DNA of 64,000 nt from assembly GCF_964204645.1 (NCBI RefSeq), contig NC_134036.1, positions 7,662,612 to 7,726,611 of the forward strand, written 5' to 3'. The stretch comes from Tubulanus polymorphus. Its lineage: Eukaryota > Animalia > Nemertea. Below the pieces are notes generated by a model. The model saw nothing but the letters and a program-made list of their open reading frames with translations. It was not told the DNA's origin and made no database searches. Position 1 is the stretch's first letter, and every line of letters begins with the position of its first letter. The position numbers and the translations under genes were made by a program. Shown piece by piece: positions 38,201 through 52,600 of the stretch.

Positions 38201-39793
38201 TCCCTTCCTGACCGGTGCCGGGTCGTAACGCTGATCAAGGCCCGGTCAGCACTTAGTCGTTTTTCGAAGAACCACCGCCGGCACACTGACGAACGGATGG
38301 ACGACCGACCTACTGCCTCCCTCCCTCCCTCACAGCACCGGGTCGTAACGCTGATCAAGGCCCGGTCAGCACTTAGTCGTTTTTCGAACAACCAACTCTG
38401 CCGGCACACTGACGAACGGACGGACGACCGACCTACTGTCCCCCTCCCTCCCACACTGCTCCGGGTCGTAACGCTGATCAAGGCCCGGTCAGCACTTAGT
38501 CGTTTTTCGAACTACCACCGCCGGCACACTGACCAACGAACGGACGACCGACCTACTGCCACCCTCCCTCCCTTCCTGACCGGTGCCGGGTCGTAACGCT
38601 GTGCATGGCCCGGTCAGCACTTAGTCGTTTTTCGAACAACCACCGCCGGCACACTGACGACTGGACGGACGACCGACCTACTGCCTCCCTCCCTCCCTCA
38701 CTGCACCGGGTCGTAACGCTGATCTAGGCCCAGTCAGCACTTAGTCGTTTTTCGAACTACCACCGCCGGCACACTGACGGACGGATGGGCGACCGACCTA
38801 CTGCCTCCCTCCCTCCCGCCCTTACCAGTGCCGGGTTGTAACGCTGATCAAGGCCCGGTCAGCCCTTAGTCATTTTTCGAACAACCATCACTGCCGGCAC
38901 ACTGACAAACGGACGGACGACCGACTTACTGCCTGCCTCCTCCCTCCCTCAATGCTCCGGGTCGTAACGCTGATCAAGGCCCGGGCAGCACTTAGTCGTT
39001 TTTCGAACTACCACCGCCGGCACAATGACGAACGGACGGACGACCGACCTACTGCCTCCCTCCCTCCCTCCCTGACCGGTGCCAGGTCGTAACGCTGATC
39101 AAGGCCCGGTCAGCACTTAGTCGTTTTTCGAACTACCACCGCCGGCACACTGACGAACGAACGGACGACCGACCTACTGCCACCCTCCCTCCCTTCCTGA
39201 CCGGTGCCGGGTCGTAACGCTGTTCATGGCCCGGTCAGCACTTAGTCGTTTTTCGAACAGCAACCGCCGACACACTGACTAACGGGCGGACGACGGACCT
39301 ACTGCCTCCCTCCCTCCCTCCCTCACTGCACCGGGTCGTAACGCTGATCAAGGCCCGGTCAACACTTAGTCGTTTTTCGAACTACCACCGCCGGCACACT
39401 GACGAACGAACGGACGACCGACCTACTGCCACCCTCCCTCCCTTCCTGACCGGTGCCGGGTCGTAACGCTGTTCATGGCCCGGTCAGCACTTAGTCGTTT
39501 TTCGAACTACCACCGCCGGCACACTGGCGAACGGACAGACGACCGACCTACTGCCTCCCTCCCTCCCTCACTGCTCCGGGTCGTAACGCTGATCAAGGCC
39601 CGGTCAGCACTTAGTCGTTTTTCGAACAACAACCGCCGACACACTGACTAACGGGCGGACGACTGTCCTAGTGCCTCCCTCCCTCCCTCACTGCACCGGG
39701 TCGTAACGCTGATCAAGGCCCGGTCAGCACTTAGTCGTTTTTCGAACAACCACCGCCGGCACACTGACGAACGGATGGACGACCGACCTACTG

Positions 39794-39921
39794 CCTCCCT
39801 CCCTCCCTCCCTCCCTCCCTCCCTCCCTCCCTCCCTCCCTCCCTCCCTCCCTCCCTCCCTCCCTCCCTCCCTCCCTCCCTCCCTCCCTCCCTCCCTCCCT
39901 CCCTCCCTCCCTCCCTCCCTC
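39794..39921. repeat. (CCCT)n expansion, ~128 bp
   Basis: Uninterrupted CCCT run at the tract position of a monomer. Confidence 0.95.
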
Positions 39922-40515
39922 ACTGCGCCGGGTCGTAACGCTGTGCATGGCCCGGTCAGCACTTAGTCGTTTTTCGAACAACCACCGCCGGCACACTGAC
40001 GAACGGATGGACGACCGACCTACTGCCACCCTCCCTCCCTTCCTGACCGGTGCCGGGTCGTAACGCTGATCATGGCCCGGTCAGCACTTAGTCGTTTTTC
40101 GAACAACCACCAGCGGCACACTGGCGAACGGACGGACGACCGACCTACTGCCTCCCTCCCTCCCTCACTGCTCCGGGTCGTAACGCTGATCAAGTCCCGG
40201 TCAGCACTTAGTCGTTTTTCGAACAACCACCGCCGGCACACTGACGAACGGACGGACGACCGACCTACTGCCTCCCTCCCTCCCTTCCTGACCGGTGCCG
40301 GGTCGTAACGCTGATTAAGGCCCGGTCAGCACTTAGTCGTTTTTCGAACAACAACCGCCGACACACTGACTAACGGGCGGACGACTGTCCTAGTGCCTCC
40401 CTCCCTCCCTCACTGCACCGGGTCGTAACGCTGATCAAGGCACGGTCAGCACTTAGTCGTTTTTCGAACAACCACCGCCGGCACACTGACGAACGGATGG
40501 ACGACCGACCTACTG

Positions 40516-40667
40516 CCTCCCTCCCTCCCTCCCTCCCTCCCTCCCTCCCTCCCTCCCTCCCTCCCTCCCTCCCTCCCTCCCTCCCTCCCTCCCTCCCTCC
40601 CTCCCTCCCTCCCTCCCTCCCTCCCTCCCTCCCTCCCTCCCTCCCTCCCTCCCTCCCTCCCTCCCTC
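40516..40667. repeat. (CCCT)n expansion, ~152 bp
   Basis: Uninterrupted CCCT run with the same flanking variants as the 39794 tract. Confidence 0.95.
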
Positions 40668-43600
40668 ACTGCGCCGGGTCGTAACGCTGATCAAGGCCCG
40701 GTCAGCACTTAGTCGTTTTTCGAACAACCACCGCCGGCACACTGACGAACGGATGGACGACCGACCTACTGCCACCCTCCCTCCCTTCCTGACCGGTGCC
40801 GGGTCGTAACGCTGATCAAGGCCCGGTCAGCACTTAGTCGTTTTTCGAACAACCACCGCCGGCACACTGACGAACGGACGGACGACCGACCTACTGCCTC
40901 CCTCCCTCCCTCACTGCACCGGGTCGTAACGCTGATCAAGGCCCGGTCAGCACTTAGTCGTTTTTCGAACTACCACCGCCGGCACACTGACGAACGGATG
41001 GACGACCGACCTACTGCCTCCCTCCCTCCCTCCCTGACCAGCGCCGGGTCGTAACGCTGATTAAGGCCCGGTCAGCCCTTAGTCGTTTTTCGAACAACCA
41101 TCACTGCCGGCACACTGACAAACGGACGGACGACCGACCTACTGCCTCCCTCCCTCCCTCACTGCTCCGGGTCGTAACGCTGATCAAGGCCCGGTCAGCA
41201 CTTAGTCGTTTTTCGAACAACCACCGCCGGCACACTGGCGAACGGACAGACGACCGACCTACTGCCTCCCTCCCTCCCTCACTGCTCCGGGTCGTAACGC
41301 TGATCAAGGCCCGGTCAGCACTTAGTCGTTTTTCGAACAACCACCGCCGGCACACTGACGAACGGACGGACGACCGACCTACTGCCTCCCTCCCTCCCTC
41401 CCTGACCGGTGCCGGGTCGTAACGCTGATTAAGGCCCGGTCAGCACTTAGTCGTTTTTCGAACAACCACCGCCGGCACACTGACGAACGGACGGACGACC
41501 GACCTACTGCCACCCTCCCTCCCCTCCTGACCGGTGCCGGGTCGTAACGCTGTTCATGGCCCGGTCAGCACTTAGTCGTTTTTCGAACAACAACCGCCGA
41601 CACACTGACTAACGGGCGGACGACTGTCCTAGTGCCTCCCTCCCTCCCTGACTGCACCGGGTCGTAACGCTGATCAAGGCCCGGTCAGCACTTAGTCGTT
41701 TTTCGAACAACCACCGCCGGCACACTGACGAACGGATGGACGACCGACCTACTGCCTCCCTCCCTCCCTCCCTCACTGCGCCGGGTCGTAACGCTGATCA
41801 AGGCCCGGTCAGCACTTAGTCGTTTTTCGAACAACCACCGCCGGCACACTGACGAACGGATGGACGACCGACCTACTGCCACCCTCCCTCCCTTCCTGAC
41901 CGGTGCCGGGTCGTAACGCTGATCATGGCCCGGTCAGCACTTAGTCGTTTTTCGAACAACCACCAGCGGCACACTGGCGAACGGACGGACGACCGACCTA
42001 CTGCCTCCCTCCCTCCCTCACTGCTCCGGGTCGTAACGCTGATCAAGTCCCGGTCAGCACTTAGTCGTTTTTCGAACAACCACCGCCGGCACACTGACGA
42101 ACGGACGGACGACCGACCTACTGCCTCCCTCCCTCCCTTCCTGACCGGTGCCGGGTCGTAACGCTGATTAAGGCCCGGTCAGCACTTAGTCGTTTTTCGA
42201 ACAACAACCGCCGACACACTGACTAACGGGCGGACGACTGTCCTAGTGCCTCCCTCCCTCCCTCACTGCACCGGGTCGTAACGCTGATCAAGGCACGGTC
42301 AGCACTTAGTCGTTTTTCGAACAACCACCGCCGGCACACTGACGAACGGATGGACGACCGACCTACTGCCTCCCTCCCTCCCTCCCTGACCAGCGCCGGG
42401 TCGTAACGCTGATTAAGGCCCGGACAGCCCTTAGTCGTTTTTCGAACAACCATCACTGCCGGCACACTGACAAACGGACGGACGACCGACCTACTGCCTC
42501 CCTCCCTCCCTCAATGCTCCGGGTCGTAACGCTGATCAAGGCCCGGTCAGCACTTAGTTGTTTTTCGAACAACCACCAGCGGCACACTGGCGAACGGACG
42601 GACGACCGACCTACTGCCTCCCTCCCTCCCTCACTGCTCCGGGTCGTAACGCTGATCAAGTCCCGGTCAGCACTTAGTCGTTTTTCGAACAACCACCGCC
42701 GGCACACTGACGAACGGACGGACAACAGACCTACTGCCTCCCTCCCTCCCTCACTGCACCGGGTCGTAACGCTGATCAAGGCCCGGTCAGCACTTAGTCG
42801 TTTTTCGAACAACAACCGCCGGCACACTGACGAACGGACGGACGACCGACCTACTGCCTCCCTCCCTCCCTCACTGCACCGGGTCGTAACGCTGATCAAG
42901 GCCCGGTCAGCACTTAGTCATTTTTCGAACAACCATCACTGCCGGCACACTGACAAACGGACGGACGACCGACTTACTGCCTGCCTCCCTCCCTCCCTCA
43001 ATGCTCCGGGTCGTAACGCTGATCAAGGCCCCGGTCAGCACTTAGTCGTTTTTCGAACTACCACCGCCGGCACAATGACGAACGGACGGACGACCGACCT
43101 ACTGCCTCCCTCCCTCCCTCCCTGACCGGTGCCGGGTCGTAACGCTGATCAAGGCCCGGTCAGCACTTAGTCGTTTTTCGAACTACCACCGCCGGCACAC
43201 TGACGAACGAACGGACGACCGACCTACTGCCACCCTCCCTCCCTTCCTGACCGGTGCCGGGTCGTAACGCTGTTCATGGCCCGGTCAGCACTTAGTCGTT
43301 TTTCGAACTACCACCGCCGGCACACTGACGAACGGATGGACGACCGACCTACTGCCTCCCTCCCTCCCTCCCTGACCAGCGCCGGGTCGTAACGCTGATT
43401 AAGGCCCGGTCAGCCCTTAGTCGTTTTTCGAACAACCATCACTGCCGGCACACTGACAAACGGACGGACGACCGACCTACTGCCTCCCTCCCTCCCTCAA
43501 TGCTCCGGGTCGTAACGCTGATCAAGGCCCGGTCAGCACTTAGTCGTTTTTCGAACAACCACCGCCGGCACACTGGCGAACGGACGGACGACCGACCTAC

Positions 43601-46600
43601 TGCCTCCCTCCCTCCCTCCCTGACCAGCGCCGGGTCGTAACGCTGATTAAGGCCCGGTCAGCCCTTAGTCGTTTTTCGAACAACCATCACTGCCGGCACA
43701 CTGACGAACGGACGGACGACCGACCTACTGCCTCCCTCCCTCCCTCCCTCACTGCACCGGGTCGTAACGCTGATCAAGGCCCGGTCAGCACTTAGTCGTT
43801 TTTCGAACTACCACCGCCGGCACACTGACGAACGGATGGACGACCGACCTACTGCCTCCCTCCCTCCCTCAATGCTCCGGGTCGTAACGCTGATCAAGGC
43901 CCGGTCAGCACTTAGTCGTTTTTCGAACTACCACCGCCGGCACACTGACGAACGGACAGACGACCGACCTACTGCCTCCCTCCCTCCCTCACTGCTCCGG
44001 GTCGTAACGCTGATCAAGGCCCGGTCAGCACTTAGTCGTTTTTCGAACTACCACCGCCGGCACAATGACGAACGGACGGACGACCGACCTACTGCCTCCC
44101 TCCCTCCCTCCAATACCGGTGCCGGGTCGTAACGCTGATCAAGGCCCCGGTCAGCACTTAGTCGTTTTTCGAACAGCAACCGCCGACACACTGACTAACG
44201 GGCGGACGACCGACCTACTGCCACCCTCCCTCCCTTCCTGACCGGTGCCGGGTCGTAACGCTGTTCATGGCCCGGTCAGCACTTAGTCGTTTTTCGAACA
44301 ACAACCGCCGACACACTGACTAACGGGCGGACGACTGTCCTAGTGCCTCCCTCCCTCCCTCACTGCACCGGGTCGTAACGCTGATCATGGCCCGGTCAGC
44401 ACTTAGTCGTTTTTCGAACAACCACCGCCGGCACACTGACGACCGGACGACGACCGACCTACTGCCTCCCTCCCTCCCTCACTGCTCCGGGTCGTAACGC
44501 TGATCAAGGCCCGGTCAGCACTTAGTCGTTTTTCGAACAACAACCGCCGACACACTGACTAACGGGCGGACGACTATCCTAGTGCCTCCCTCCCTCCCTC
44601 ACTGCACCGGGTCGTAACGCTGATCAAGGCCCGGTCAGCACTTAGTCGTTTTTCGAACAACAACCGCCGACACACTGACTAACGGGCGGACGACTGTCCT
44701 AGTGCCTCCCTCCCTCCCTCACTGCACCGGGTCGTAACGCTGATCAAGGCCCGGTCAGCACTTAGTCGTTTTTCGAACTACCACGCCGGCACACTGACGA
44801 ACGAACGGACGACCGACCTACTGCCACCCTCCCTCCCTTCCTGACCGGTGCCGGGTCGTAACGCTGTTCATGGCCCGGTCAGCACTTAGTCGTTTTTCGA
44901 ACAACAACCGCCGACACACTGACTAACGGGCGGACGACGGACCTACTGCCTCCCTCCCTCCCCCTAACTGCACCGGGTCGTAAGGCTGATCAAGGCCCGG
45001 TCAGCACTTAGTCGTTTTTCGAACTACCACCGCCGGCACACTGACGAACGGATGGACGACCGACCTACTGCCTCCCTCCCTCCCTCAATGCTCCGGGTCG
45101 TAACGCTGATCAAGGCCCGGTCAGCACTTAGTCGTTTTTCGAACTACCACCGCCGGCACACTGACGAACGGATGGACGACCGACCTACTGCCTCCCTCCC
45201 TCCCTCAATGCTCCGGGTCGTAACGCTGATCAAGGCCCGGTCAGCACTTAGTCGTTTTTCGAACAACAACCGCCGACACACTGACTAACGGGCGGACGAC
45301 TGTCCTACTGCCTCCCTCCCTCCCTCACTGCACCGGGTCGTAACGCTGATCATGGCCCGGTCAGCACTTAGTCGTTTTTCGAACAACCACCGCCGGCACA
45401 CTGACGAACGGATGGACGACCGACCTACTGCCTCCCTCCCTCCCTCACTGCACCGGGTCGTAACGCTGATCAAGGCCCGGTCAGCACTTAGTCGTTTTTC
45501 GAACTACCACCGCCGGCACACTGACGAACGGATGGACGACCGACCTACTGCCTCCCTCCCTCCCTCCCTGACCAGCGCCGGGTCGTAACGCTGATTAAGG
45601 CCCGGTCAGCCCTTAGTCGTTTTTCGAACAACCATCACTGCCGGCACACTGACAAACGGACGGACGACTGACCTACTGCCTCCCTCCCTCCCTCAATGCT
45701 CCGGGTCGTAACGCTGATCAAGGCCCGGTCAGCACTTAGTCGTTTTTCGAACAACCACCGCCGGCACACTGGCGAACGGACGGACGACCGACCTACTGCC
45801 TCCCTCCCTCCCTCCCTGACCAGCGCCGGGTCGTAACGCTGATTAAGGCCCGGTCAGCCCTTAGTCGTTTTTCGAACAACCATCACTGCCGGCACACTGA
45901 CGAACGGACGGACGACCGACCTACTGCCTCCCTCCCTCCCTCCCTCACTGCACCGGGTCGTAACGCTGATCAAGGCCCGGTCAGCACTTAGTCGTTTTTC
46001 GAACTACCACCGCCGGCACACTGACGAACGGATGGACGACCGACCTACTGCCTCCCTCCCTCCCTCAATGCTCCGGGTCGTAACGCTGATCAAGGCCCGG
46101 TCAGCACTTAGTCGTTTTTCGAACTACCACCGCCGGCACACTGACGAACGGACAGACGACCGACCTACTGGCTCCCTCCCTCCCTCACTGCTCCGGGTCG
46201 TAACGCTGATCAAGGCCCGGTCAGCACTTAGTCGTTTTTCGAACTACCACCGCCGGCACAATGACGAACGGACGGACGACCGACCTACTGCCTCCCTCCC
46301 TCCCTCCAATACCGGTGCCGGGTCGTAACGCTGATCAAGGCCCGGTCAGCACTTAGTCGTTTTTCGAACAGCAACCGCCGACACACTGACTAACGGGCGG
46401 ACGACCGACCTACTGCCACCCTCCCTCCCTTCCTGACCGGTGCCGGGTCGTAACGCTGTTCATGGCCCGGTCAGCACTTAGTCGTTTTTCGAACAACAAC
46501 CGCCGACACACTGACTAACGGGCGGACGACTGTCCTAGTGCCTCCCTCCCTCCCTCACTGCACCGGGTCGTAACGCTGATCATGGCCCGGTCAGCACTTA

Positions 46601-49600
46601 GTCGTTTTTCGAACAACCACCGCCGGCACACTGACGACCGGACGACGACCGACCTACTGCCTCCCTCCCTCCCTCACTGCTCCGGGTCGTAACGCTGATC
46701 AAGGCCCGGTCAGCACTTAGTCGTTTTTCGAACAACAACCGCCGACACACTGACTAACGGGCGGACGACTGTCCTAGTGCCTCCCTCCCTCCCTCACTGC
46801 ACCGGGTCGTAACGCTGATCAAGGCCCGGTCAGCACTTAGTCGTTTTTCGAACAACAACCGCCGACACACTGACTAACGGGCGGACGACTGTCCTAGTGC
46901 CTCCCTCCCTCCCTCACTGCACCGGGTCGTAACGCTGATCAAGGCCCGGTCAGCACTTAGTCGTTTTTCGAACTACCACCGCCGGCACACTGACGAACGA
47001 ACGGACGACCGACCTACTGCCACCCTCCCTCCCTTCCTGACCGGTGCCGGGTCGTAACGCTGTTCATGGCCCGGTCAGCACTTAGTCGTTTTTCGAACAA
47101 CAACCGCCGACACACTGACTAACGGGCGGACGACGGACCTACTGCCTCCCACCCTCCCTCCCTAACTGCACCGGGTCGTAAGGCTGATCAAGGCCCGGTC
47201 AGCACTTAGTCGTTTTTCGAACTACCACCGCCGGCACACTGACGAACGGATGGACGACCGACCTACTGCCTCCCTCCCTCCCTCAATGCTCCGGGTCGTA
47301 ACGCTGATCAAGGCCCGGTCAGCACTTAGTCGTTTTTCGAACTACCACCGCCGGCACACTGACGAACGGATGGACGACCGACCTACTGCCTCCCTCCCTC
47401 CCTCAATGCTCCGGGTCGTAACGCTGATCAAGGCCCGGTCAGCACTTAGTCGTTTTTCGAACAACAACCGCCGACACACTGACTAACGGGCGGACGACTG
47501 TCCTACTGCCTCCCTCCCTCCCTCACTGCACCGGGTCGTAACGCTGATCATGGCCCGGTCAGCACTTAGTCGTTTTTCGAACAACCACCGCCGGCACACT
47601 GACGAACGGATGGACGACCGACCTACTGCCTCCCTCCCTCCCTCACTGCACCGGGTCGTAACGCTGATCAAGGCCCGGTCAGCACTTAGTCGTTTTTCGA
47701 ACTACCACCGCCGGCACATTGACGAACGGATGGACGACCGACCTACTGCCTCCCTCCCTCCCTCCCTGACCAGCGCCGGGTCGTAACGCTGATTAAGGCC
47801 CGGTCAGCCCTTAGTCGTTTTTCGAACAACCATCACTGCCGGCACACTGACAAACGGACGGACGACCGACCTACTGCCTCCCTCCCTCCCTCAATGCTCC
47901 GGGTCGTAACGCTGATCAAGGCCCGGTCAGCACTTAGTCGTTTTTCGAACAACCACCGCCGGCACACTGGCGAACGGACGGACGACCGACCTACTGCCTC
48001 CCTCCCTCCCTCACTGCTCCGGGTCGTAACGCTGATCAAGGCCCGGTCAGCACTTAGTCGTTTTTCGAACAACCACCGCCGGCACACTGACGAACGGACG
48101 GACGACCGACCTACTGCCTCCCTCCCTCCCTCACTGCGCCGGGTCGTAACGCTGATCAAGGCCCGGTCAGCACTTAGTCGTTTTTCGAACAACCACCGCC
48201 GGCACACTGACGAACGGATGGACGACCGACCTACTGCCACCCTCCCTCCCTTCCTGACCGGTGCCGGGTCGTAACGCTGATCAAGGCCCGGTCAGCACTT
48301 AGTCGTTTTTCGAACAACCACCGCCGGCACACTGACGAACGGATGGACGACCGACCTACTGCCTCCCTCCCTCCCTCACAACACCGGGTCGTAACGCTGA
48401 TCAAGGCCCGGTCAGCACTTAGTCGTTTTTCGAACAACCACCGCCGGCACACTGACGAACGGACGGACGACCGACCTACTGCCACCCTCCCTCCCTTCCT
48501 GACCGGTGCCGGGTCGTAACGCTGTGCATGGCCCGGTCAGCACTTAGTCGTTTTTCGAACAACCACCGCCGGCACACTGACGACTGGACGGACGACCGAC
48601 CTACTGCCTCCCTCCCTCCCTCACTGCATCGGGTCGTAACGCTGATCAAGGCCCGGTCAGCACTTAGTCGTTTTTCGAACAACCACCAGCGGCACTCTGG
48701 CGAAAGGACGGACGACCGACCTACTGCCTCCCTCCCTCCGTCACAACACCGGGTCGTAACGCTGATCAAGGCCCGGTCAGCACTTAGTCGTTTTTCGAAC
48801 AACCAACTCTGCCGGCACACTGACGAACGGACGGACGACCGACCTACTGTCCCCCTCCCTCCCACACTGCTCCGGGTCGTAACGCTGATCAAGGCCCGGT
48901 CAGCACTTAGTCGTTTTTCGAACTACCACCGCCGGCACACTGACCAACGAACGGACGACCGACCTACTGCCACCCTCCCTCCCTTCCTGACCGGTGCCGG
49001 GTCGTAACGCTGTGCATGGCCCGGTCAGCACTTAGTCGTTTTTCGAACAACCATCGCCGGCACACTGACGACTGGACGGACGACCGACCTACTGCCTCCC
49101 TCCCTCCCTCACTGCACCGGGTCGTAACGCTGATCAAGGCCCGGTCAGCACTTAGTCGTTTTTCGAACAACCACCAGCGGCACTCTGGCGAAAGGACGGA
49201 CGACCGACCTACTGCCTCCCTCCCTCCCTCACTGCTCCGGGTCGTAACGCTGATCAAGGCCCGGTCAGCACTTAGTCGTTTTTCGAACAACCACCGCCGG
49301 CACACTGGCGAACGGACGGACGACCGACCTACTGCCTCCCTCCCTCCCTCACTGCACCGGGTCGTAACGCTGATCAAGGCCCGGTCAGCACTTAGTCGTT
49401 TTTCGAACTACCACCGCCGGCACACTGACGAACGGATGGACGACCGACCTACTGCCTCCCTCCCTCCCTCAATGCTCCGGGTCGTAACGCTGATCAAGGC
49501 CCGGTCAGCACTTAGTCGTTTTTCGAACAACCACCGCCGGCACACTGACGAACGGATGGACGACCGACCTACCTACTGCCTCCCTCCCTCCCTCCCTCCC

Positions 49601-52600
49601 TCACAGCACCGGGTCGTAACGCTGATCAAGGCCCGGTCAGCACTTAGTCGTTTTTCGAACAACCAACTCTGCCGGCACACTGACGAACGGACGGACGACC
49701 GACCTACTGTCCCCCTCCCTCCCAAACCGCTCCGGGTCGTAACGCAGATCAAGGCCCGGTCAGCACTTAGTCGTTTTTCGAACAACCACCAGCGGCACAC
49801 TGGCGAACGGACGGACGACCGACCTACTGCCTCCCTCCCTCCCTCCCTGCTCCGGGTCGTAACGCTGATCAAGGCCCGGTCAGCACTTAGTCGTTTTTCG
49901 AACAACCACCGCCGGCACACTGACGAACGGACGGACGACCGACCTACTGCCTCCCTCCCTCCCTCCCTCACTGCACCGGGTCGTAACGCTGATCAAGGCC
50001 CGGTCAGCACTTAGTCGTTTTTCGAACTACCACCGCCGGCACACTGACGAACGGATGGACGACCGACCTACTGCCTCCATCCCTCCCGCCCTGACCAGTG
50101 CCGGGTCGTAACGCTGATCAAGGCCCGGTCAGCACTTAGTCGTTTTTCGAACAACCACCAGCGGCACACTGGCGAACGGACGGACGACTGTCCTAGTGCC
50201 TCCCTCCCTCACTGCACCGGGTCGTAACGCTGATCAAGACCCGGTCAGCACTTAGTCGTTTTTCGAACAACCAACTCTGCCGGCACACTGACGAACGGAC
50301 GGACGACCGACCTACTGTCCCCCTCCCTCCCAAACCGCTCCGGGTCGTAACGCAGATCAAGGCCCGGTCAGCACTTAGTCGTTTTTCGAACAACCACCAG
50401 CGGCACACTGGCGAACGGACGGACGACCGACCTACTGCCTCCCTCCCTCCCTCCCTGCTCCGGGTCGTAACGCTGATCAAGGCCCGGTCAGCACTTAGTC
50501 GTTTTTCGAACAACCACCGCCGGCACACTGACGAACGGACGGACGACCGACCTACTGCCTCCCTCCCTCCCTCCCTCACTGCACCGGGTCGTAACGCTGA
50601 TCAAGGCCCGGTCAGCACTTAGTCGTTTTTCGAACTACCACCGCCGGCACACTGACGAACGGATGGACGACCGACCTACTGCCTCCCTCCCTCCCGCCCT
50701 GACCAGTGCCGGGTCGTAACGCTGATCAAGGCCCGGTCAGCACTTAGTCGTTTTTCGAACAACCACCAGCGGCACACTGGCGAACGGACGGACGACTGTC
50801 CTAGTGCCTCCCTCCCTCCCTCACTGCACCGGGTCGTAACGCTGATCAAGACCCGGTCAGCACTTAGTCGTTTTTCGAACAACCATCGCCGGCACACTGA
50901 CGAACGGACGGACGACCGACCTACTGCCTCCCTCCCTCCCTCACTGCACCGGGTCGTAACGCTGATCAAGGCCCGGTCAGCACTTAGTCGTTTTTCGAAC
51001 TACCACCGCCGGCACACTGACGAACGAACGGACGACCGACCTACTGCCTCCCTCCCTCCCTCAATGCTCCGGGTCGTAACGCTGATCAAGGCCCGGTCAG
51101 CACTTAGTCGTTTTTCGAACAACCACCGCCGGCACACTGACGAACGGACGGACGACCGACCTACTGCCTCCCTCCCTCCCTCCCTGACCGGTGCCGGGTA
51201 GTAACGCTGATTAAGGCCCCGTCAGCACTTAGTCGTTTTTCGAACAACCACCGCCGGCACACTGACGAACGGACGGACGACCGACCTACTGCCACCCTCC
51301 CTCCCTTCCTGACCGGTGCCGGGCCGTAACGCTGTTCATGGCCCGGTCAGCACTTAGTCGTTTTTCGAACAACAACCGCCGACACACTGACTAACGGGCG
51401 GACGACTGTCCTAGTGCCTCCCTCCCTCCCTCACTGCACCGGGCCGTAACGCTGTTCATGGCCCGGTCAGCACTTAGTCGTTTTTCGAACAACAACCGCC
51501 GACACACTGACTAACGGGCGGACGACTGTCCTAGTGCCTCCCTCCCTCCCTCACTGCTCCGGGTCGTAACGCTGATTAAGGCCCCGTCAGCACTTAGTCG
51601 TTTTTCGAACAACCACCGCCGGCACACTGACGAACGGACGGACGACCGACCTACTGCCACCCTCCCTCCCTTCCTGACCGGTGCCGGGCCGTAACGCTGT
51701 TCATGGCCCGGTCAGCACTTAGTCGTTTTTCGAACAACAACCGCCGACACACTGACTAACGGGCGGACGACTGTCCTAGTGCCTCCCTCCCTCCCTCACT
51801 GCACCGGGTCGTAACGCTGATCATGGCCCGGTCAGCACTTAGTCGTTTTTCGAACAACCACCGCCGGCACACTGACGACCGGACGGACGACCGACCTACT
51901 GCCTCCCTCCCTCCCTCACTGCACCGGGTCGTAACGCTGATCTAGGCCCGGTCAGCACTTAGTCGTTTTTCGAACTACCACCGCCGGCACACTGACGAAC
52001 GGATGGACGACCGACCTACTGCCTCCCTCCCTCCCGCCCTGACCAGCGCCGGGTCGTAACGCTGATCAAGGCCCGGTCAGCCCTTAGTCATTTTTCGAAC
52101 AACCATCACTGCCGGCACACTGACAAACGGACGGACGACCGACCTAGTGCCTCCCTCCCTCCTTCAATGCTCCGGGTCGTAACGCTGATCAAGGACCGGT
52201 CAGCACTTAGTCGTTTTTCGAACTACCACCGCCGGCACAATGACGAACGGACGGACGACCGACCTACTGCCTCCCTCCCTCCCTCCCTGACCGGTGCCGG
52301 GTCGTAACGCTGATCAAGGCCCGGTCAGCACTTAGTCGTTTTTCGAACAACAACCGCCGACACACTGACTAACGGGCGGACGACTGTCCTAGTGCCTCCC
52401 TCCCTCCCTCACTGCACCGGGTCGTAACGCTGATCAAGGCCCGGTCAGCACTTAGTCGTTTTTCGAACAACCACCAGCGGCACTCTGGCGAACGGACGGA
52501 CGACCGACCTACTGCCTCCCTCCCTCCGTCACTTCTCCGGGTCGTAACGCTGATCAAGGCCCGGTCAGCACTTAGTCGTTTTTCGAACAACCACCAGCGG

